From positions 1 through 33,165 of the forward strand of contig JAJPKG010000445.1 in NCBI GenBank assembly GCA_021323815.1: a stretch of 33,165 nt of DNA, written 5' to 3'. Below the pieces are notes generated by a model, which worked only from the letters and a program-made list of their open reading frames with translations, was not told the DNA's origin and searched no databases. This document shows positions 17,994 to 26,548 of this stretch, in pieces. The stretch is from Pseudomonadota bacterium (GTDB lineage Bacteria; Chloroflexota; Ktedonobacteria; Ktedonobacterales; JACDGC01). The position numbers were made by a program, and so were the translations under genes. Numbering within the stretch: position 1 is the first letter of the stretch; each line of letters opens with the position of its first letter.

Positions 17994-19310
17994 ATGACGG
18001 TGCGGGTTTTCTTGCTGGGGCAGCCGCAGATTACGCGCGACGACGCGCCGGTGCCGCTGAGCATCGCCAAGGCATATGGGGTGCTGGCGCTGCTGGCGAC
18101 GGGCGTACAGCCCCGCGAGCGCGTGATGGAACTGCTGTGGCCGGAGCGCGCTCCCGCTGTCGCTCGCAAGAATCTGCGCAATACGCTGTGGGCGCTGCGC
18201 CGCGTGCTGGCAGATGATGCAGTTATCTCCACCGCCGCGCACCTGGCGCTGACCGGTTCCTTGTGGGTGGATGTGCGCGTCTTTGCCCAAACCGGCGATC
18301 TCGCACTGTTTCGCGGGCCGCTGCTCGACGGTCTCACCTTCGCTGATGCGCCGGATTTCGAGCACTGGCTGGACCGCGAGCGTGAGCGGCTGCTGGCGGA
18401 GTATCTTGCAGGACTGGCCGAGCGTATCATGCGGGCGCAGGCGGCAGGCGAGTGGCAGCGTGTCATCAGCCTTGCCCAAAGGGGACTCGCCCACGCGCCG
18501 CTGGATGAGGCGCTGCACCGTAGCGTGATGGAAGCACTGGCGCGCCAGGGGCAACGCGCCGCAGCGATGGAACATTTCGCCGCGTTTCAAGAACAGCTTG
18601 TGGCAACGCTCGGCATCGCACCGGAACCAGCGACCCTGGCCCTGCATGATAGCATCAGCGCGGGAACCCTGACAACGCAGCAAGCTATCATGACCGAACC
18701 GCCCCGCATGGCATCTGCCGCCGAGGCCGCCGCGCCCTTCGCGCTGGCGCTTTCCGCCGTCTTGAGCGAAACCGCCTTCGCGCATGGACCATACGATCTG
18801 CCGCCCACGCCGGTGCATGGGCTGGGGCAGGGATGGCTGCTGGCGTGGCAAGGCGACATTCCCGGCGCGCTGGATTCGTTCACGGCAGCTCTTGATGCGT
18901 TCACCGCCGCGCGTCTGCCCCACGCCATCGCGCTCGTCTGCGCCGAGATCGCCGCGCTGCACCTGGCGCAAGGCGCAGATGCCGAAGTCGCCGCGTGGCT
19001 TGCACGCGCCAAAGAAGCTGCACCGCCCACGCACACCGCGCCATGCTTGCATCGCCTCCTCGTCACGCTGGACGGCCTCTTGCAGGTACGCCACAGCCTG
19101 GCAGCCGATGACCGGGCCGATCTGCTCATCGCCGCACAACATTTCCAGCACCAGCAGTTGCCACTGCATCAGGTGGCGGCGCGGGGCGAGCTTGGCCGCG
19201 CCCTGGTTGCCGCCGGCGTGCTCGCACCGGATATCCTCATCGCCGCCAAGGGGATCGATCCCGCCTCGCGTGCCGCCCTCGACGCGCTGCAATTGTCGCG
19301 TCGCCCATAA
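17994..19310 (+). CDS. SARP-family (OmpR-type winged helix plus BTAD) transcriptional activator with an Ala-rich helical C-terminal region
   Basis: MTVRVFLLGQPQITRDD...RKNLRNTLWALRRVL (winged-helix DNA-binding domain), then BTAD (FEHWLDRERERL...HRSVMEALARQGQRAAAMEHFAAFQEQLVATLGIAPEPATLAL). ATG 17994 lies 7 nt after AAGGA. The track ORF from 17874 is an upstream extension. Confidence 0.85.
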   Translation: MTVRVFLLGQPQITRDDAPVPLSIAKAYGVLALLATGVQPRERVMELLWPERAPAVARKNLRNTLWALRRVLADDAVISTAAHLALTGSLWVDVRVFAQTGDLALFRGPLLDGLTFADAPDFEHWLDRERERLLAEYLAGLAERIMRAQAAGEWQRVISLAQRGLAHAPLDEALHRSVMEALARQGQRAAAMEHFAAFQEQLVATLGIAPEPATLALHDSISAGTLTTQQAIMTEPPRMASAAEAAAPFALALSAVLSETAFAHGPYDLPPTPVHGLGQGWLLAWQGDIPGALDSFTAALDAFTAARLPHAIALVCAEIAALHLAQGADAEVAAWLARAKEAAPPTHTAPCLHRLLVTLDGLLQVRHSLAADDRADLLIAAQHFQHQQLPLHQVAARGELGRALVAAGVLAPDILIAAKGIDPASRAALDALQLSRRP

Positions 19311-19388
19311 AGAGGGATCATCTTTCTTGCTTGCTCGGCTTGGCGAGTTCAGTATGCTGGAAACAGAACTCGCTGCACAGAGGTACGC

Positions 19389-19592
19389 ATGATGGTGCCG
19401 CTCTATTTTCACCTGCTGGCCTATCTAGCGCTGGCATTGCGCGACCAGTTGCGCGTCGCCTCCGTGATGATGCTGCTCGCCGCGTTCGCCATGCTCGCAG
19501 CCGCCCACCGCTTTCAGCGCCGCCCACACCCAACTGGAAACATCATTCCCTTTCGACAGCGTGAACGCCAAGACACAAAGCGAGCGGCATAA
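19389..19592 (+). CDS. Hypothetical small two-TM protein
   Basis: 67-aa ORF after AGAGG, with two hydrophobic helices (VPLYFHLLAYLALAL, VASVMMLLAAFAMLAAA) and a basic tail. No family recognised. Confidence 0.35.
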   Translation: MMVPLYFHLLAYLALALRDQLRVASVMMLLAAFAMLAAAHRFQRRPHPTGNIIPFRQRERQDTKRAA

Positions 19593-19610
19593 ATCTGGTA
19601 TGATCTTTAT

Positions 19611-20369
19611 TTATCTATAGGTGATAACGAGCGTTCCATTGGCTCCACGCCCCGTCACGCGAGGAATGATCGCGCTGGCATCCACTGCCGCACACGCCAC
19701 GAGATCTTCAGCCAGGCCAATCTGTTGCACGGCGCGCCCCGCATCCGAACGAATGAGGACATCCAGCGGAGCGCCTGAGGTGCGGGCAATATGGTGGGCG
19801 ATCAACGCCCCCTCGCTCAAGCGTAGTTCCCGGTCAACTTCATCCGCATGGCGCTGCGCGATATCAACGATCACCCCAGCGGTAAAGAGATCGTCCAGCG
19901 CAGTGCGGTCGTGGCGACCGGCACAGGCCAGAATGAACACGGCTTCCTGCTGCAAAGCGAGAGCGGCGATAGCGCTGGCGTTGCGCAACGCGGCGGCATA
20001 GACGGTGCCGGCACCATTCGCCTGGGCAGACAGCAAGGCGCGGGTGCCGTTGGTTGTGACGAACGCGAATTGTCGTCCGGCAATAGCCGCGCGCGCGAGA
20101 TCAGCGGGGCTGTTGCCGAAATCAAAGCCTGCCGGCGCGAGACCGCCTTCTTCTCCGGCCAGCAACATGCCGGGATGCTGCACGGCAAGCCGGCGCGCCG
20201 AAGGAACATCCTCCATCACCAGCACGCGCGCCGCCTGCCGCTCGCCCAAAACGACAAGCGTGGTGGTCGCGCGCACCACATCAATGACCGCGCACGCCGC
20301 GCCGGGATGCTCGCGCAAAGCAGTGGGCAATTCAGTTGGAGAGCAAACGACATCAATCCACATGATCAT
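19611..20369 (-). CDS. 2-phosphosulfolactate phosphatase (ComB) family protein
   Basis: ComB-family motifs VIDVVRATTT and FVTTNGTRAL. The homologous region begins at MWIDVV. Start is ATG 20369 or 20363, or less likely 20432. None has a clear RBS. Confidence 0.8.
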   Translation of the reverse strand: MIMWIDVVCSPTELPTALREHPGAACAVIDVVRATTTLVVLGERQAARVLVMEDVPSARRLAVQHPGMLLAGEEGGLAPAGFDFGNSPADLARAAIAGRQFAFVTTNGTRALLSAQANGAGTVYAAALRNASAIAALALQQEAVFILACAGRHDRTALDDLFTAGVIVDIAQRHADEVDRELRLSEGALIAHHIARTSGAPLDVLIRSDAGRAVQQIGLAEDLVACAAVDASAIIPRVTGRGANGTLVITYR

Positions 20370-20829
20370 GCAGGCGGCAGAGAGTGTTGAGGCACTTCCC
20401 CTCCCCGGCTGTCTGGGGAGCAGGGTTCCCATGCCGAGACGGGATAGGCTGATGGACGGGGCCGCTGCCGGACATGCTCGCTTTCACCAGGGGTGGCAAC
20501 CGTGCCACAAAAACCGCACTACAGGCAAACGCGCTACAAACCACCAACGAACCAACCAATGCTCCGGCCAGATCCTCGCGGGCAGCGAAAGGGAAAGGCT
20601 CGTGACGAGCCGGAGGAAATAAAACGCAGCTGGGCGATCCGGCGGGCAAACCAGAACGCCCCAAACGAAGCGGGAGGCAGAGCCGGCGCGCCGGGAGGCG
20701 GCCATGCTCAATGGAATGCTGCACTACGAGACGATTGGCCGGATGACGAACATGACACCCAGATAAGCCGGGCATCTACTAAGCGAGACGGTCGCCGCGC
20801 TCTTTGGTAACGCCATGATGAAATCGGTA

Positions 20830-21444
20830 CTATTGGGGGAGCAGACGCAAGAGATCGGCCAAAATGCGCGCCGTCGCCCCCCAAATGCGATGCGGGCCGT
20901 ACTGATAAAAATAGATTGTGCGCGGAATGCCGTTGCGCATCCATTCTTCGGTGTGATGAATGGCGGGATCTGCCAGCACGGCCAGCGGCGCGTCGATGAC
21001 CGCCGCCACCTCGGCAGGATTGACGGCAGGCGCGATCTCGGCCAGTTGCCCCCGCACCAGGCCCACCTGCGGCGCAATGAGGTAGTTGCTGACAACCGTG
21101 AAGACGGGGGGCAGCACTCCCAAAAATGTCACCCGCGCCGGCTCAAGACCGATCTCTTCCCGCGCCTCGCGCAGAGCCGTTGCCCACAGCGAAGGATCGG
21201 CGGGATCACGCTTGCCGCCGGGAAACGAGATCTCGCCGCTGTGCCGGCTGAGCGTCTGCGCACGTTCGGTGAAGATCAGATGCGGTGTGCCATCACTGCC
21301 GGCATGCAACGGCACCAGCACCGCTGCCGGGCGGGCAGCCAGTGCGGCAGGATCTTCCGGCAGTGCGGCAGGCGCGGTGAGGGCTGCGCGCAGATGCGCA
21401 AGCAGCGCGCCCATGTCGTACAACACCATTTCGCGTTCCACCAT
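20830..21444 (-). CDS. Nudix hydrolase, CoA-pyrophosphatase-like
   Basis: Nudix box GEISFPGGKRDPADPSLWATALREAREEIGL. The length and C-terminal region are typical of the NudL/CoA pyrophosphatase subgroup. Confidence 0.85.
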   Translation of the reverse strand: MVEREMVLYDMGALLAHLRAALTAPAALPEDPAALAARPAAVLVPLHAGSDGTPHLIFTERAQTLSRHSGEISFPGGKRDPADPSLWATALREAREEIGLEPARVTFLGVLPPVFTVVSNYLIAPQVGLVRGQLAEIAPAVNPAEVAAVIDAPLAVLADPAIHHTEEWMRNGIPRTIYFYQYGPHRIWGATARILADLLRLLPQ

Positions 21445-21532
21445 CTAGGACCCCGCCCCTTTCACAACCTCTCTAAAGTACCATAACACAGAGCAATATT
21501 TGGGATCTTACCGCCGATATGGGAAATTTGGC

Positions 21533-21561
21533 TTGCCAAATCATGACATGTTTGCTATAAT
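21533..21561 (+). promoter_or_regulatory. Consensus-like sigma-70 promoter upstream of rpsA
   Basis: TTGCCA (21533-21538), exactly 17-nt spacer, TATAAT (21556-21561), with an A/T-rich stretch just upstream. It predicts a ~310-nt leader. Confidence 0.6.
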
Positions 21562-21880
21562 GAGGCCACGAAGTGGGGGGCACACGCAATCAGGCACGCG
21601 AACACAACGCTAAATCCCTCACCGTGCCATTGCGCGCCACAACGAATCAACCAAAAACGGACGGTGTACACGGTCAGCGTGTGACCATCGACGCTCCACA
21701 CGCTCTGGGACCGCTTGTGCGCTCGCCACATTAGCCCTCACAACAACCTTGCGCTTGAGCATGCTCGCGCGAGATTCTCCGCACGAGGGGGAACGATCCA
21801 GCACAGCGGGCCATGCCATCCCCGGCATGCGCGAGCGGCAGCGTCTAACGCGCCGCACAACAACCGAGCGGGCGGGAAAC

Positions 21881-23287
21881 ATGAAAACAATGGATGACGA
21901 AAATCGTATGACAGACCAAAACGACACCGAAGACTCCTTCGCCGACAGCATGGCGGCATATCTGGATGAAGCCGAGCACTCTCTGAAAAGCGTGAAGCGC
22001 GGCGACGTCGTCGAGGGCACGGTGGTGGCAATTGACCGGGAGGAAATTCTGGTTGACATTGGTCTGAAATCAGAGGCCGTGCTGCCCCTGAAGGAGCTTT
22101 CAGCCAACGGCTATGGCTCTTTAGCTGAAATCCACCGCAATGATACCTTGCTGGTGTATGTTTTGCAGCCGGAGACGCCCGAAGGGCATGCCATCGTCTC
22201 CATCCGCAAAGCGCGCCAGGAACACCAGTGGCGCGTGGCGCAAGAGAAGTATGAGCGCGGCGAAATCTTCGATGCCGAGGTCATCGAAAGCAACAAGGGT
22301 GGCCTGATCGTCAATCTTGACGGCGTGCGTGGCTTCGTGCCGATCTCGCAGATCATGCACCTCAAGCGCGAAGACAGCGCTGAGAACGCCGAAACGCTGG
22401 CCAAGCTGCAAGCGATGGTCGGCAAACAGCTGAAACTGAAGATCATTGAGATCAATCGCAATCGCAATCGCCTGATCCTTTCTGAACGCATTGCCATGCA
22501 GGAATGGCGCGCGCGCCGCCGCGACGAGCTGATGAACGAATTGCAGGTCGGTGAAGTGCGGCGCGGCATCGTCAGACATCTGGCACACTTCGGAGCGTTC
22601 GTGGACTTGGGCGGTGCGGACGGACTGGTGCACATCAGCCAGCTGGCATGGAGCCGCGTCAATCACCCCAGCGAGGTGTTGCATGTCGGCCAGGAGGTCG
22701 AGGTGCAGGTGCTCAGCATCGACAAAGAGCGCAAAAAGATCGCTCTGTCGATCAAACGCGCTGAGGTTGATCCCTGGACGACGGTGGAACAGCGCTATCA
22801 CATCGGGCAGGTGGTGACCGGCATCATCACTAAGATCGCCCCCTTCGGCGCGTTCGCACGCATCGAAAACGGCATCGAAGGCTTGATCCACGTCACGGAG
22901 ATCTATCCGCCGACGACCGATGCCAAGCTGGCCCTGAAAGAAGGCCAGGAGGTGCAGGTGCAGGTGTTGCGCATCGAAAGCGACCGCCGCCGCCTGGGCC
23001 TGAGCATGCGCGCCCTGGCCGCGCCGGATGCTCCCGCGCCCGTCGTCCCCGACGAGGTGCTGGATCAAGCGTTCGAGGCGATGCCGAAGGAAGAGACGGC
23101 TCCCGCGCCACAGGCTTCCGGCACGCAACAGGCCGCCGCGCCCACGCAGCCGGCACAACCGGAAGCGCCCACCACCGCGTTCGGTGCCGCTTTCGCACAA
23201 GCCGCCGCGCGCCTGAGCAGCGACGCCAACAGCAACGGAAGCGCGCCGCCCACGAACGAGCTGGGCGAGGGCGAGTCGAAAGCCTAG
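21881..23287 (+). CDS. rpsA: 30S ribosomal protein S1 (four S1 domains plus Ala/Pro-rich tail)
   Basis: Four S1/OB repeats (GDVVEGTVVAI..., GEIFDAEVIES..., GEVRRGIVRHLAHFGAFVDL..., GQVVTGIITKIAPFGAFARI...). I place the start at ATG 21881. The track ORF from 21749 is an Arg-rich upstream extension. Confidence 0.93.
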   Translation: MKTMDDENRMTDQNDTEDSFADSMAAYLDEAEHSLKSVKRGDVVEGTVVAIDREEILVDIGLKSEAVLPLKELSANGYGSLAEIHRNDTLLVYVLQPETPEGHAIVSIRKARQEHQWRVAQEKYERGEIFDAEVIESNKGGLIVNLDGVRGFVPISQIMHLKREDSAENAETLAKLQAMVGKQLKLKIIEINRNRNRLILSERIAMQEWRARRRDELMNELQVGEVRRGIVRHLAHFGAFVDLGGADGLVHISQLAWSRVNHPSEVLHVGQEVEVQVLSIDKERKKIALSIKRAEVDPWTTVEQRYHIGQVVTGIITKIAPFGAFARIENGIEGLIHVTEIYPPTTDAKLALKEGQEVQVQVLRIESDRRRLGLSMRALAAPDAPAPVVPDEVLDQAFEAMPKEETAPAPQASGTQQAAAPTQPAQPEAPTTAFGAAFAQAAARLSSDANSNGSAPPTNELGEGESKA

Positions 23288-23305
23288 CCTCACGCTGCCC
23301 AACGA

Positions 23306-23338
23306 CGCTGGATGCGAGACCGCATCCGGCGTTTTCTT
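23306..23338 (+). terminator. Rho-independent terminator after rpsA
   Basis: CGCTGGATGCG / CGCATCCGGCG stem (11 bp including one G:U pair), loop AGAC, then TTTTCTT. Confidence 0.75.
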
Positions 23339-23561
23339 GCTCCCCCACTTGCCCGTTTTTCCTATTTGCAAAGAAGGTGTTGCGCGATTTCGCGGAATAC
23401 GTTATACTAAGCGCCGTCTAGACGGGCTTTCGCTTGGTGGGCACCGCAATCACGCCCGGCACGCGCCACCAATGACTATGCGAACCCAGCCCGGCAACCC
23501 GCCGCCAGCCGAGCAAATGGAGCGCGGGCACGTTCGCCGAAATGAGAGAGGGCCATATTTC

Positions 23562-24146
23562 ATGGGCAAGTACAAACAGTGGCTGCATCACCAAGAGGTG
23601 GGCCGCCGCCTGCGCGAGCAGATCGCCACGCACGAGCAAGAGCGCGAGCGCGTGCAGCGCATGGCACCATCACATCCCACCACCCTGCCCGATACCAATA
23701 ATCCGTTGATTCGCGCACTGCTGGACTACACCGGTCGCGGTGGCACGCTTGGCCGCGCCGTTGGCGCACGCCTGGCCGGCAGTTCAACGGGGCCAGATGC
23801 CGCGTCCCAACCACGCCAGCCGGCGGGGCAACCTGAGGCCGCGCGTCCCAGCGCGCCTTCCGCAGCCCTGGCCGGCTCGCCGCCATCTCCACAGCAGGCC
23901 GCCGCTTCGCCAGCCGTGAACGCCGCAGACAATCCCGTTGTCGCGCGTCTCAACGCTCAGGCCGCGCAGATGCCTGCCAACCCACTCGACGCCATGCGTG
24001 CGCTCGCGCAATCGCAGGCGCGTGACGCCCAAACCCAGCAGCCAACCCAACCCACTGCTGGCACGCCGTCACCCAACCAGCCACCCCCCGCGCCGGAAGC
24101 TGACAGCACCGGCGAGTGGTGGCAACGCTTCCGCTCCCAGTCCTAG
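23562..24146 (+). CDS. Hypothetical protein: short charged helical N-terminus plus Pro/Ala/Gln-rich tail
   Basis: ATG 23562 follows GAGAGAGGG. N-terminus MGKYKQWLHHQEVGRRLREQIATHEQERERVQRM, followed by ~150 aa of P/A/Q-rich low complexity. No family recognised. Confidence 0.55.
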   Translation: MGKYKQWLHHQEVGRRLREQIATHEQERERVQRMAPSHPTTLPDTNNPLIRALLDYTGRGGTLGRAVGARLAGSSTGPDAASQPRQPAGQPEAARPSAPSAALAGSPPSPQQAAASPAVNAADNPVVARLNAQAAQMPANPLDAMRALAQSQARDAQTQQPTQPTAGTPSPNQPPPAPEADSTGEWWQRFRSQS

Positions 24147-24204
24147 CGACTGCGGGCGCACTTGTCCCGCCGCACACGCGGGGATAATTTGAGGAAAGCG
24201 CTAC

Positions 24205-24978
24205 ATGAGCACTGATCCGACGAAGATTACGCAACTATACGCGCAGATCCCGCTGGAAGCGATGCAGCAGGTCGCCGATAGCTATATGGCCTGGTACGTG
24301 GAACGGGTGACGCGCGAACTGGATGAGACCATTGCCGGCCTGCGCGCCGAACTGCGCGAGAATGACGCCCATGAAGCATCATTCCGCCCCTCGCCCGCCG
24401 AATTGAACGCCATCGAACGCTTGCAGCGTGACGGCGTCACCAGCGTGGATCTGCTGGACCGCATGGTGGAACAGGGCGAAGATTGGCTGATGCTGACCAT
24501 GCGCCGCCTGGACCACTTCGAGAGCACCGGCCTCTCGCCGAAAGATTACTCGACCTGGTGCGAGCACGCGCTCAGCGGCGCATATGACTGGATCGACCAC
24601 GAACGCCTGGGATCAACCCCCGCACCCGCCGCCCGCCCCGCCGCAGCGCCCGCTGCCGGCAGCACGCCGCCTCAGCCGGCCCCCGCTGCCACGCCCCAAC
24701 AAGGTCGCGCGCCGGATTGGCTCGTGGGTGGTGGCCGCAACGCCAACCCGCAGATGGCGCAGCCGCAGACCAGCGTGCCCGGCGCAACGCCCGCGCAGGA
24801 AGGCGAGCGTCCCACCCAGCCCGTGCCGAGCGTGGCTCCGCGCTGGGGCGAGACCTCGTACCCCGGCGTCAACACCGGCGGCAACAGCAGCCCCGGCGGC
24901 GCGCCCGGCGGTCCCGCCCAGACCGATCCCGGCAACGAATCGGGCCGGCGCAACATCTTCCGCATCTTCACCAACTAA
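24205..24978 (+). CDS. Hypothetical protein: ~135-aa globular N-terminal domain plus Pro/Ala/Gly/Gln-rich tail
   Basis: Strong RBS GAGGAA 8 nt before the ATG. The N-terminal domain (…YMAWYVERVTRELDETIAGLRAELREN…DWLMLTMRRLDHFESTG…WCEHALSGAYDWIDHE) has ordinary globular composition. No family recognised. Confidence 0.65.
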   Translation: MSTDPTKITQLYAQIPLEAMQQVADSYMAWYVERVTRELDETIAGLRAELRENDAHEASFRPSPAELNAIERLQRDGVTSVDLLDRMVEQGEDWLMLTMRRLDHFESTGLSPKDYSTWCEHALSGAYDWIDHERLGSTPAPAARPAAAPAAGSTPPQPAPAATPQQGRAPDWLVGGGRNANPQMAQPQTSVPGATPAQEGERPTQPVPSVAPRWGETSYPGVNTGGNSSPGGAPGGPAQTDPGNESGRRNIFRIFTN

Positions 24979-24992
24979 GCCGAAGATACGCG

Positions 24993-25038
24993 AAAACGCC
25001 GGGCAGATCGTGGTTCATCACGATCTACTCGGCGTTTT
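24993..25038. terminator. Bidirectional terminator hairpin between convergent genes
   Basis: AAAACGCCGGGCAGATCGTG ... CACGATCTACTCGGCGTTTT. The A-run and T-run flank a ~18-bp imperfect stem, so it can terminate transcription from either strand. Confidence 0.7.
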
Positions 25039-25069
25039 GTGCTCGGTTGAAACCGTTGATGCGCTCTGA

Positions 25070-25930
25070 TTACTTCTTCTCGCTATAATCGTAAAAACCC
25101 TTGCCGGTCTTGCGCCCCAGCCGGCCCAGCGTCACCATGCGGCGCAGCAGCGGGGGCGGCGCATAGGCAGGGTCGGGGTTTTCGGCGTAAATGACCTCGG
25201 CGGCGTAGAGCGTCGTATCCAGCCCCACATAATCCAGCAGGGTGAACGGCCCCATCGGATAGTTGGTGCCAAGCTGCATGGCGGTGTCGATGTCTTCCAT
25301 CGTCGCCACCCCGTTCTCATACATGCGAATGGCCGACAACAGGTACGGAATCAGCAGGAAGTTGACGACAAAACCGGCGGTGTCTTTGGCGATGATCGGC
25401 GTCTTGCCCATCGCCTGCGTGAAGGCGCGCAGTTCCGCCACCGTCTCATCGCTGGTCTCCACCGTGCGCACGATCTCCACCAGCTTCATCACCGGCACAG
25501 GATTAAAGAAGTGCAGGCCGGCCACTTTGTCGCGCCGCCTGGTGACAGCTGCCATCTCAGTGATGGGGAGCGACGACGTGTTGCTCACCAGCAGCGCGTC
25601 CGGCTGCACAATGGCGTCCAACTGGCGAAAGAGCGCCAGCTTCGGCTCCTTTTGCTCGATGATGACCTCAACCACGATGTCGCGGTCCGCGAAATCCTGC
25701 ATCTCCAGCGTGGGATGCAGCCGCGCTTTGTTCGCTTCCACCTGTTCCGCCGTGAGCTTGCCCTTGCTCTGCATCATCGCCCACGCATCGTGAATCTTCT
25801 TGACGCCGCGATCCAGTAATTCCTGGCTGACCTCGGTGACGACGACATCAAAGCCTGACTGCGCGGCGGTCTGGGCGATGCCGCTGCCCATCAGACCGCA
25901 GCCCACCACGCCGACTTTCTGTATGGTCAT
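25070..25930 (-). CDS. hbd: 3-hydroxybutyryl-CoA / 3-hydroxyacyl-CoA dehydrogenase (NAD-binding)
   Basis: Rossmann motif KVGVVGCGLMGSGIAQ, plus SNTSSL, HFFNP and GFVVNFLL motifs. ATG 25930 follows GAGAGG. The track ORF starts 6 codons upstream at a GTG. Confidence 0.9.
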   Translation of the reverse strand: MTIQKVGVVGCGLMGSGIAQTAAQSGFDVVVTEVSQELLDRGVKKIHDAWAMMQSKGKLTAEQVEANKARLHPTLEMQDFADRDIVVEVIIEQKEPKLALFRQLDAIVQPDALLVSNTSSLPITEMAAVTRRRDKVAGLHFFNPVPVMKLVEIVRTVETSDETVAELRAFTQAMGKTPIIAKDTAGFVVNFLLIPYLLSAIRMYENGVATMEDIDTAMQLGTNYPMGPFTLLDYVGLDTTLYAAEVIYAENPDPAYAPPPLLRRMVTLGRLGRKTGKGFYDYSEKK

Positions 25931-25944
25931 TGCGTGAATACCTC

Positions 25945-26547
25945 TCACTTGTTTTCATGGACGCGCCATTGCGCCAGCAGCGCCTGCACCTTGGCTGTGC
26001 CGTTCAGATAGCGTTCGCGCGGCCCCTGCCAGGGTGCATGGCCAACCAGCCGCGAGCGCAACGCTCGCAGCGTCGCTTGATAGATCGCCTCGTCGGCAGG
26101 GAAGATCGCCGCCATGCCGCCCGGCTCCTCAATATAGGTGTACGCGCCTTGCTCAGCATACCACCGGCGCACGTCGTGGCGCGACTCCACCGCCACACCC
26201 GCGAGTTGTGGATCGCGCGTGAGGGGCGCCGCCAGCGCGCCGAAGGGCAGCGCGTGCAGGTGCGCATGAAAGACCGTCTGGTGAAAGATGCCGTTCTCGA
26301 ACCACGTCACCACGCCGTAATGCGTCGTCAGAAACGCTTCCACCTGCGCGCGCACCTCGGCCAACTCGGCGTCCAGTTCCGCCGGCACCGTGCCATAACA
26401 GGCATAGTGAGCCTTCGGCATAACAAGCGTGTGGCCAGGGACGAGGGGAGCATGGTCTGCCACCACGCGGAAATGCCGCGTCTCCATCAAGATGGCGGCG
26501 ATCTGTTCTCTTTCACAAAATGTGCAACTCACGGCAGGAGGCGTCAT
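25945..26547 (-). CDS. HIT (histidine triad) family protein
   Basis: CTFC near the N-terminus and the histidine-triad motif HAHLHALP. ATG 26547 lies 1 nt from the upstream gene's stop at 26549, which suggests translational coupling. Confidence 0.75.
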   Translation of the reverse strand: MTPPAVSCTFCEREQIAAILMETRHFRVVADHAPLVPGHTLVMPKAHYACYGTVPAELDAELAEVRAQVEAFLTTHYGVVTWFENGIFHQTVFHAHLHALPFGALAAPLTRDPQLAGVAVESRHDVRRWYAEQGAYTYIEEPGGMAAIFPADEAIYQATLRALRSRLVGHAPWQGPRERYLNGTAKVQALLAQWRVHENK

Positions 26548-26548
26548 G

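Noticed and set aside
17943-19412. 489-aa ORF on the minus strand. The same applies to 13082..14197(-), 14342..15379(+), 22121..23371(-), 29397..30338(-), 27492..28367(+), 4061..5254(+), 25930..26817(+), 31782..32516(+), 12274..13071(-) and 9554..10144(-).
   Set aside because: Each lies antisense to, or out of frame within, a gene with clear family motifs. Their translations are Arg/Gly/Ala/His-rich with no motifs. Long stop-free antisense frames are expected at this G+C, so these are shadow ORFs.
20761-20790. On the minus strand, GUAGAUGCCCGGCUUAUCUGGGUG resembles the 3' P4/P1 segment of bacterial RNase P RNA (ACAGAAxCCGGCUUAUC).
   Set aside because: The obligatory 5' P4 partner GAGGAAAGUCCGGGC is absent on either strand nearby. 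The RNA body would also have to overlap the well-supported Nudix coding region. I treat this as a chance match, and a covariance-model scan would settle it.
20493-20810. 105-aa ORF (+) in the CA-rich gap, encoding a very basic, hydrophilic peptide.
   Set aside because: Third-position G+C is visibly lower than in the real genes here. It has a GTG start without an RBS, no motifs, and is embedded between two minus-strand genes. It is more likely non-coding, though translation is not excluded.
20433-20829. Possible tmRNA: a PK1-like GGUGGCAACCGUGCCACAAAAACCGCAC followed by GCAAACGCG, reminiscent of a resume codon region.
   Set aside because: No tRNA-like T-arm or acceptor (GGUUCGAxUCC...CCA) on either strand. 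None of the three frames gives a tag ending in the usual hydrophobic LAA-type C-terminus.
21568-21880. Independent ncRNA (6S, SRP or RNase P) in the rpsA upstream region.
   Set aside because: No SRP domain IV motif (GGAAGCAGCC-type), no RNase P P4 sequences and no tRNA-like ends. The simplest reading is a long rpsA 5' leader.
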